A DNA stretch of 64,000 bases from Bulleidia sp. (GTDB taxonomy: Bacteria > Desulfobacterota > Desulfovibrionia > Desulfovibrionales > Desulfovibrionaceae): positions 27,308 through 91,307 of the forward strand of contig CAVLCT010000001.1 of NCBI GenBank assembly GCA_963661665.1, in the 5' to 3' direction. Shown here one piece after another: positions 58,371 through 64,000 of the stretch. The notes below the pieces were generated by a model, which made no database searches, was not told the origin of the DNA, and worked only from the letters and a program-made list of their open reading frames with translations. The stretch's first letter is position 1, and each line of letters starts with the position of its first letter. A program made the position numbers and the translations under genes.

Positions 58371-59177
58371 ATGCTGGTTACGTTGTCTTCATGGAACGTC
58401 AACGGGCTGAGGGCAGTTTCGGCCAAAGAGGACTGGGCGTGGTTTGCACAGACTCCGTCAGATATCATAGGCCTGCAGGAGACCAAGGCCAGTCCTGAAC
58501 AGCTGCAGGACAATCTGAGGATGCCTGAAGGCTGGCATTCGTATTTTGCTTCAAGCACAGTCAAGAAAGGCTATTCAGGCGTTGCCGTCTACAGCCGCAT
58601 CAGCCCCCTTTCAGTACAGGCTGAACTGCCGGACCCCAAATGGCAGGGCGAGGGCAGGATTCTCCATCTTGAATACGAACAGTTTCACTTCATAAACGGC
58701 TATTTCCCCAACGGGGGAGCCGAAATCCTGGATGAAAACGGCAAGCACCAGGGGCTTTTCAAGCGCCTGTCCTACAAGATGGGCTTTTTTGACGCCTTCT
58801 TGCAGTATGTACAGAAGCTGCGCAGAACAAAGCCCGTTGTGGTCTGCGGTGACTTTAATATTGCCCACAAGGCCATTGATCTGGCACGGCCAAAGCAAAA
58901 TGTCCTCAACACCGGCTTCCTGGAAGAAGAGCGCGCTTTTCTGGACAGCTTTACCTCGCATGGCTTTATCGACACCTTCAGGTATGTTCATAAAGAGGAA
59001 GAAGGCGCCTATTCCTGGTGGTCGTACAAGTCCAGGGCAAGGGAAAAGAATATCGGCTGGCGCATAGACTATTTCTTTGTCTCAGAGGAACTTGAGTCCA
59101 ATATAAAAGACGCCTGGATTGAAAAGGACCAGTACGGATCCGATCACTGCCCTGTCGGGCTCTCTCTTTCTTTTTAG
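58371..59177 (+). CDS. xth: exodeoxyribonuclease III
   Basis: MLVTLSSWNVNGLRAV...IGLQETK...VVCGDFNIAH...WRIDYFFVS...GSDHCPV. Confidence 0.9.
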   Translation: MLVTLSSWNVNGLRAVSAKEDWAWFAQTPSDIIGLQETKASPEQLQDNLRMPEGWHSYFASSTVKKGYSGVAVYSRISPLSVQAELPDPKWQGEGRILHLEYEQFHFINGYFPNGGAEILDENGKHQGLFKRLSYKMGFFDAFLQYVQKLRRTKPVVVCGDFNIAHKAIDLARPKQNVLNTGFLEEERAFLDSFTSHGFIDTFRYVHKEEEGAYSWWSYKSRAREKNIGWRIDYFFVSEELESNIKDAWIEKDQYGSDHCPVGLSLSF

Positions 59178-61069
59178 CGTGTTTTTTTGTGAGCCCTGCC
59201 TGAAGTGCCGGCACCGGCGTCATCATACTGTATTTCGTCTGTTTTCATGCCTGTTTCAGAGGCCGTGTTGCAGACAAGCGGTGCATCCGGATCTTCTTCG
59301 TCAGGCCAGTCCGTGAAGGCATCCTCTTCACAGTATGAGACGCACTGGGCCGAGACGCATTGATCTGAGATACATTGCTCCGGGACGCAGTCATGAGCCT
59401 GCAATGCCAGAGGCCCGTCAGAGACCGCTGGAAGAAGATCGGGCGCCTGCCCCAGAAGCTGCATTTCAATGACTTCCAGAAGACGGCCGAGCCCGAAGCC
59501 TGTCTCTGCAGAAACCGGCAGGGCACCGGGAATGTTTTTCAGAATGTCTTCCCTGGCAGGCTCCGGCACCTTGTCCCATTTGTTGAGAACGAGAATGGCA
59601 GGCATCCCGTCCAGCCCGAGCTGTGCCAGAATCTGGGTCACGGAATCAATCTGCTGGTAGAGGTCAGCGTGGGAGGCATCGGCTACATGGACTAGCAGAT
59701 CGGCACTGTCCAGTTCCTCAAGCGTGGCGCTGAAGGCCTCCATCAGCTCCTCAGGCAGGTTGCGTATAAAGCCCACTGTGTCTGCCAGGATGATTTCCCT
59801 CTGCTGCGGGAAGCGCAGCCTTCTTGTTGTCGTATCCAGCGTGGCAAAGAGCTTGTTTTCCGTGAGAACATGCGAGCGGGTCAGGATGTTGAGCAGGGTG
59901 GACTTGCCAGCATTAGTATAGCCTACCAGTGCTGCCAGGGAGAGCCCGCCTCTGGCCCTTGCCCTGCGAGTAAAGGCGCGCTGCCTGCGCAGGGAGTCAA
60001 GCTCGGCCTTGATGCGTCCCATGCGTTCGCGGGTGCGGCGCCTGTCTATTTCAAGCTTGGTTTCGCCCATGCCCTTGCCGCCAATGCCGCCCATAAGCCT
60101 GTCCATGGTGCGGTTTTTGCCCGTCAGCCTGGGCAGTGCATATTTGAGCCTTGCCAGTTCTACCTGCAGCTTGCCTGCCTTGGACACGGCATGCTGGGCA
60201 AAGATATCCAGGATGAGCTGTGTCCTGTCCAGAACTTTGCGTTCCGTAATGTCAGCCAGGTTGTGCAGCTGCGACGGTGCCAGCTCGCCGTCAAAAATCA
60301 GCATGTCGGCATGCTGTGAGAGTGCCAGCACTTCCAGCTCTGCCATTTTCCCCTTGCCAAGGCTGTAGTTTCTGCCCCGAACCCTTTGCACCAGGCGTCC
60401 GGCGACAGTTATACCGGCTGTTCTGGCCAGTTCTGCCAGCTCGTCAAGGTTGCTTTCCTGCCTGTAGCGTGATTCAGGGGAGAAGGAGACCAAAAGGCAG
60501 CGTTTATCTCCGTCTGTTTTCCTCTTGTCTGAGTCTTTTGTGTCCTTGGCCAGTTCTTCTTCTAGGGCCAGCGTTGTGGCAGTCAGCTCTGATTTTGGCT
60601 GGTCCCATGGCATCATATCGCCAACAAGATAGGGTTTTTGCGCTGTCGGCGGCAGAAGGTGCGCAGTCTGCCACTGCATGGGCAGGCCGTCTTTGGAAAC
60701 AGTTATAACATTGATGCTGTCCAGGCGGAGGAAGAGGAGATCCATGAGGTCTTCCTCTGTCAGTCCTTCGCCCGTCAGATGGGTATGCAGGAGCCTGACG
60801 CCGCGCAGGCGTGTCACTGCCGTGCGCTGTCTTTCAAGCTCAGGAATAAGCAGTCCGTCCGGCCTGCCTACCAGGATAAGCTGTACCCGTCCTTTCCTGT
60901 CTATGAGCAGGCCGATCTGGCGTTCCAGGGAGCGTGCAAGAAGAGCAAGTTCCCTGGCCTGATCAAGCCTGTAGACTTCATCAGACGGGAACTTGCGTTT
61001 GCCAAGGCGTTCCAGCGACTTGAGCTGGCTTGGCCTCAGTCCTTGCAGATTGCCTTCTAAAAGGGAAAT
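59174..61069 (-). CDS. hflX: GTPase HflX (long form; start inferred at a non-canonical ATT)
   Basis: The G domain reads LVGYTNAGKSTLLN...DTVGFI...NKWD. The reading frame stays open and HflX-like (EGNLQGLRPSQLKSLERL...GLLIDRKGRVQLILVG) for 84 codons upstream of the first GTG (60817). There is no ATG/GTG/TTG in that stretch. ATT at 61069 lies 6 nt after GGGAGA. Confidence 0.8.
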   Translation of the reverse strand: MSLLEGNLQGLRPSQLKSLERLGKRKFPSDEVYRLDQARELALLARSLERQIGLLIDRKGRVQLILVGRPDGLLIPELERQRTAVTRLRGVRLLHTHLTGEGLTEEDLMDLLFLRLDSINVITVSKDGLPMQWQTAHLLPPTAQKPYLVGDMMPWDQPKSELTATTLALEEELAKDTKDSDKRKTDGDKRCLLVSFSPESRYRQESNLDELAELARTAGITVAGRLVQRVRGRNYSLGKGKMAELEVLALSQHADMLIFDGELAPSQLHNLADITERKVLDRTQLILDIFAQHAVSKAGKLQVELARLKYALPRLTGKNRTMDRLMGGIGGKGMGETKLEIDRRRTRERMGRIKAELDSLRRQRAFTRRARARGGLSLAALVGYTNAGKSTLLNILTRSHVLTENKLFATLDTTTRRLRFPQQREIILADTVGFIRNLPEELMEAFSATLEELDSADLLVHVADASHADLYQQIDSVTQILAQLGLDGMPAILVLNKWDKVPEPAREDILKNIPGALPVSAETGFGLGRLLEVIEMQLLGQAPDLLPAVSDGPLALQAHDCVPEQCISDQCVSAQCVSYCEEDAFTDWPDEEDPDAPLVCNTASETGMKTDEIQYDDAGAGTSGRAHKKTR

Positions 61070-61102
61070 GGCCTGTCTCCCGTATCAGCGCGGCAGATGC
61101 CG

Positions 61103-61693
61103 CTACGGACGGATATATGATGTAATGAGGGCATCGTAGCGGGCCGTGGCATCAAAGGCACGGGAAGCCATGCGCTGGCGGAAGAGGAGGCTCACGCAGT
61201 TATTGTTGGCCTTCATTTCCTCGATGGCGGACTCATACCACTCTGTTCCGGGCAGGACCAGGATGGAATGGAAGTTTTTGGCTGCCGCACGGATAAGACA
61301 GGGACCGCCGATGTCTATTTCTTCCACGGCCTGCTCAAGCGAGAGCTGCCTGGAGACAGCGCCGGCAAAGTTGTAGAGATTGACAACCACAAGATCAAAG
61401 GGGCGTATTTTCAGCTCCTCCAATACCTGCATGTGTTCGGGGATGTCCTTGTTGGCAAGAATGCCGGCATGAATATGGGGATGCAGCGTTTTGACACGTC
61501 CGTTCAGTATTTCAGGAAAGCCTGTAACGGAGCTTACGGACTGAACCGGCAGTCCGGCATCCTGAATAACCTTCATTGTGCCGCCTGTGGAGACAAGCTC
61601 CACTCCCTGCTCGACAAGGAAGGTCGCCAAGGGGACAAGCCCCTTTTTGTCGGTAACGCTGAGGATAGCGCGCCGGATGGGCAAGAGATCCAT
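61103..61693 (-). CDS. IMP cyclohydrolase (stand-alone PurH N-terminal MGS-like domain)
   Basis: RRAILSVTDKKGLVPLATFLVEQGVELVSTGGT...FPEILNGRVKTLHPHIHAGIL...VVVNLYNF...IDIGGPCLIRAAAKN. It stops where the AICAR formyltransferase domain would begin. Confidence 0.85.
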   Translation of the reverse strand: MDLLPIRRAILSVTDKKGLVPLATFLVEQGVELVSTGGTMKVIQDAGLPVQSVSSVTGFPEILNGRVKTLHPHIHAGILANKDIPEHMQVLEELKIRPFDLVVVNLYNFAGAVSRQLSLEQAVEEIDIGGPCLIRAAAKNFHSILVLPGTEWYESAIEEMKANNNCVSLLFRQRMASRAFDATARYDALITSYIRP

Positions 61694-62251
61694 GTAGTTC
61701 TCCTACAAACTGGTAGCGTGCCCTGCCTTTTGGCAGCGGCAGCTGAATCAGCTGGCAGGCAGCCCATGCTGCCGGAAACTGAATCAGCATGGTGGCAAGT
61801 ATTGCACAGAAGGACAGGAAAGGCAAAACGGCCGCTGTGCTTTCAGCAGGCAGTATCTGGCAGTAAGCATACAGAAAGCCTGGTGCATCCTTTGTCCTCT
61901 AGCGCGAAAAAGCCTGCAAAAAGAACGTGCTCTCAGAAATGTATTATTAGTAATAACAATAGGTTATACTGGTTTCAATGAGTGTATGATTATATCTTGA
62001 TATTTTAATATTGATATATGTAGTTTTAGTGAACTTAAGGCGTATCTTTTCTTGACTTTTTGGCGTTGTTTGTGCAAAGGGAGCATGTAAAAATATACTT
62101 ATTCCCTTCTGTACCACACAGGACAGGGACTCATGCGTACATCTTCTTTTTGCCCTTTTCCGGCAGAACAGGGTGTACGTATCTTTTGCACAATAAGTAA
62201 GGAGGATGCCTTGCGTTCTCCTGGCTTAAGCATGTCCTGCCAAGGCAGGAT

Positions 62252-64000
62252 GTGCTGGAGGGGAAACAGGAATTGAGCAATATCAGCAGCAGTCTGCATT
62301 CCTGGCATGTTGAAGATTCCGTTGAGCTGTACGGCTTGCACGCCTGGGGCGCAGGGTACTTTGATGCAAATGAAAAAGGGGAAGTGGTAATCTGTCCTTA
62401 CGGGACAGAAGGCCCCAGAGTCTCCATTCCCGATATTATAGAAGGCATCAAGGCGCGTGGCTATAACATGCCCTGCCTTCTGCGTTGCGAGAATATCCTG
62501 GATTCGCAGATAGCCAGCCTGCATGAGTCCTTCAGCAAGGCAATCAAGTCACTGGGCTATAAGGGAAATTACCGCGGTGTTTTTCCCATCAAGGTCAATC
62601 AGCAGCAGCAGGTCATAGAAGAAATAGCTGATTTTGGATCACGCTACCATCACGGTCTGGAAGTCGGCTCCAAGGGCGAGCTTATTGCAGCCGTTGCCTA
62701 TATCAGCGACAGGGAAGCCTGTGTTATCTGCAATGGCTACAAGGACGGCGAATTTATTGACCTTGGCCTGCAGGCCCAGAGGCTTGGCCTCAATGTCATC
62801 TTTGTCATAGAGATGCCTGGCGAGCTTGAGATGCTGATTGAACGCTCCCGCCTTCTGGGCATCCGTCCCAAGCTCGGTGTGCGCTGCAAGCTCTCCATGC
62901 GTGCAAGCGGCCACTGGGCCGAGTCCGGGGGCGAGCGCTCTGTCTTTGGCCTGTCTCCGTCCGAGATTGTGGACATCATCGACAAATTAAAGGAAGAGGA
63001 CATGCTGGACTGCATGCGCCTCCTCCACTATCACCTGGGATCGCAGATTTCCAATATCCGCGACATCCGCCTTGGTGCCATGGAAGGCGCCCGTTTTTAT
63101 GCCGGCCTTGTGGAAGAAGGCTGCCCTATGGGCTATCTGGATCTGGGCGGCGGACTGGCCGTGGACTACGACGGCTCCCATACAAACTACTTTTCTTCCA
63201 GAAACTATACCATGGACGAATATGCCATGGATATTGTGGAAGCCATCATGTCCACGCTTGATGAAAGCGGCATTACGCATCCCCATATAGTGACAGAATC
63301 AGGCCGTGCAACGGTTGCCTACTATTCCATGCTTCTGTTCAATATCCTGGATGTCAGCAAGATAGAGCCTATGCAGCTTCCTGAAACGCTGGAAGAGGAC
63401 ACGCCTGAGCCTGTAAAAAATCTGCGCGAGGTTCTGGCAAGCATTGCTCCCAGGACATTGCAGGAATGCTACAACGACGCCATCTACTATCGCGATGAAA
63501 TGCGCCAGCTTTTTGCTACCGGTGCCGTCAATCTGCGCCAGCGCTGCCTCTCGGAACGCTTCTTCTGGACCATTCTTTTGCGCATTGCCGAAGAAAAGGA
63601 ACACCTGAAGACCATTCCCCGCGATCTCCATGATATTGATACGACGACTGCGGATATTTATTACGGCAATTTCAGCATCTTCCAGTCACTGCCGGACTCC
63701 TGGGCCATTGATCAGCTTTTCCCTGTCATGCCTGTGCACAGGCTGAAGGAAAAGCCTGTCCGCAGGGGCATTATTTCCGATATCACCTGCGATTCCGACG
63801 GGCAGATAAGCCATTTCATCGACCAGACCGGCAACAAGCGTACCCTGGAACTGCATCCTGTGCATGACGGTGAAGAATACTATCTTGGCGTCTTCCTTGT
63901 CGGTGCCTATCAGGAAACACTGGGCGACCTGCACAACCTTATGGGGGATAACAACGTTGTCTCCATCCGCATTGAGGAAGACGGGTCCTACGAGTTCGTG
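62252..64000 (+). CDS. speA: biosynthetic arginine decarboxylase (3' end outside window)
   Basis: My own translation of the open frame gives WHVEDSVELYGLHAWGAGYFDANEKGEVVICP...YRGVFPIKVNQQQQVIEEI...GLEVGSKGELIAAVA. There is no stop before 64000. The start is uncertain (GTG 62252 or TTG 62273). Confidence 0.9.
   Translation, partial: MLEGKQELSNISSSLHSWHVEDSVELYGLHAWGAGYFDANEKGEVVICPYGTEGPRVSIPDIIEGIKARGYNMPCLLRCENILDSQIASLHESFSKAIKSLGYKGNYRGVFPIKVNQQQQVIEEIADFGSRYHHGLEVGSKGELIAAVAYISDREACVICNGYKDGEFIDLGLQAQRLGLNVIFVIEMPGELEMLIERSRLLGIRPKLGVRCKLSMRASGHWAESGGERSVFGLSPSEIVDIIDKLKEEDMLDCMRLLHYHLGSQISNIRDIRLGAMEGARFYAGLVEEGCPMGYLDLGGGLAVDYDGSHTNYFSSRNYTMDEYAMDIVEAIMSTLDESGITHPHIVTESGRATVAYYSMLLFNILDVSKIEPMQLPETLEEDTPEPVKNLREVLASIAPRTLQECYNDAIYYRDEMRQLFATGAVNLRQRCLSERFFWTILLRIAEEKEHLKTIPRDLHDIDTTTADIYYGNFSIFQSLPDSWAIDQLFPVMPVHRLKEKPVRRGIISDITCDSDGQISHFIDQTGNKRTLELHPVHDGEEYYLGVFLVGAYQETLGDLHNLMGDNNVVSIRIEEDGSYEFV

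Noticed and set aside
62206-62229. ATG-initiated 7-codon ORF (MPCVLLA) right after the strong SD in the speA leader
   Set aside because: The ATG abuts GGAGG with zero spacing, so the SD cannot serve it. The TTG at 62211, with 5-nt spacing, is the codon positioned for that SD.
62099-63934. Several 80-140-aa minus-strand ORFs at the 3' end of the window
   Set aside because: All are antisense to the open speA reading frame. That frame is absent from the ORF track only because it has no stop inside the window.
1-64000. CRISPR arrays, rRNA genes, IS elements or transposases, prophage genes
   Set aside because: I saw no regularly spaced direct repeats, no rRNA-like conserved stretches, and no transposase-, integrase- or phage-structural-like translations in any frame of the ORF track.

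Overview
This is a 64-kb chromosomal segment whose gene content and protein motifs look like a Desulfovibrionaceae-type (sulfate/sulfite-reducing deltaproteobacterial) genome. GC is in the mid-50s % by eye. It is densely coding, with about 55 protein genes and one tRNA-Ala(CGC). I saw no rRNA, CRISPR array, transposase or integrase. Most genes are housekeeping: rsmI, rnhB, rplS, tatD, hisC, cmk, rlmE, yebC, ruvC, murJ, rnr, mnmA, ddl, hflK/hflC, hflX, xth, a stand-alone IMP cyclohydrolase, and speA, which runs off the 3' end. The most system-like region is 36.2-47.7 kb. It holds a sulfonate-type glycyl radical enzyme (IslA-like) with its radical-SAM activase, a TRAP transporter (DctP plus a fused DctQM), a TauE/SafE exporter, and a PAS/sigma-54 enhancer-binding activator. 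An atypical amidohydrolase_2 gene sits in the middle of this locus. Three sigma-54 -24/-12 promoter candidates and a recurring TTGCA-N4-TGCAA palindrome can be read directly in its intergenic DNA. Other accessory content: (1) a NERD-UvrD helicase plus an AAA-ATPase_like/PD-(D/E)XK gene pair next to the tRNA; (2) a low-GC truncated paralog of the second gene; (3) a MoxR ATPase / zincin-VWA pair with two downstream genes; (4) a cytidylate kinase-hydroxyethylthiazole kinase fusion; (5) a small CDP-hexose cluster. Smaller observations: hflX appears to need a non-canonical (ATT) start. An Arg-rich upstream ORF is stop/start-overlapped with a candidate speA start. There are several structured or AT-rich intergenic regions. 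All homology calls are by-eye motif recognition from the supplied translations. No database search, folding or composition calculation was run, so start codons and family assignments need confirmation.
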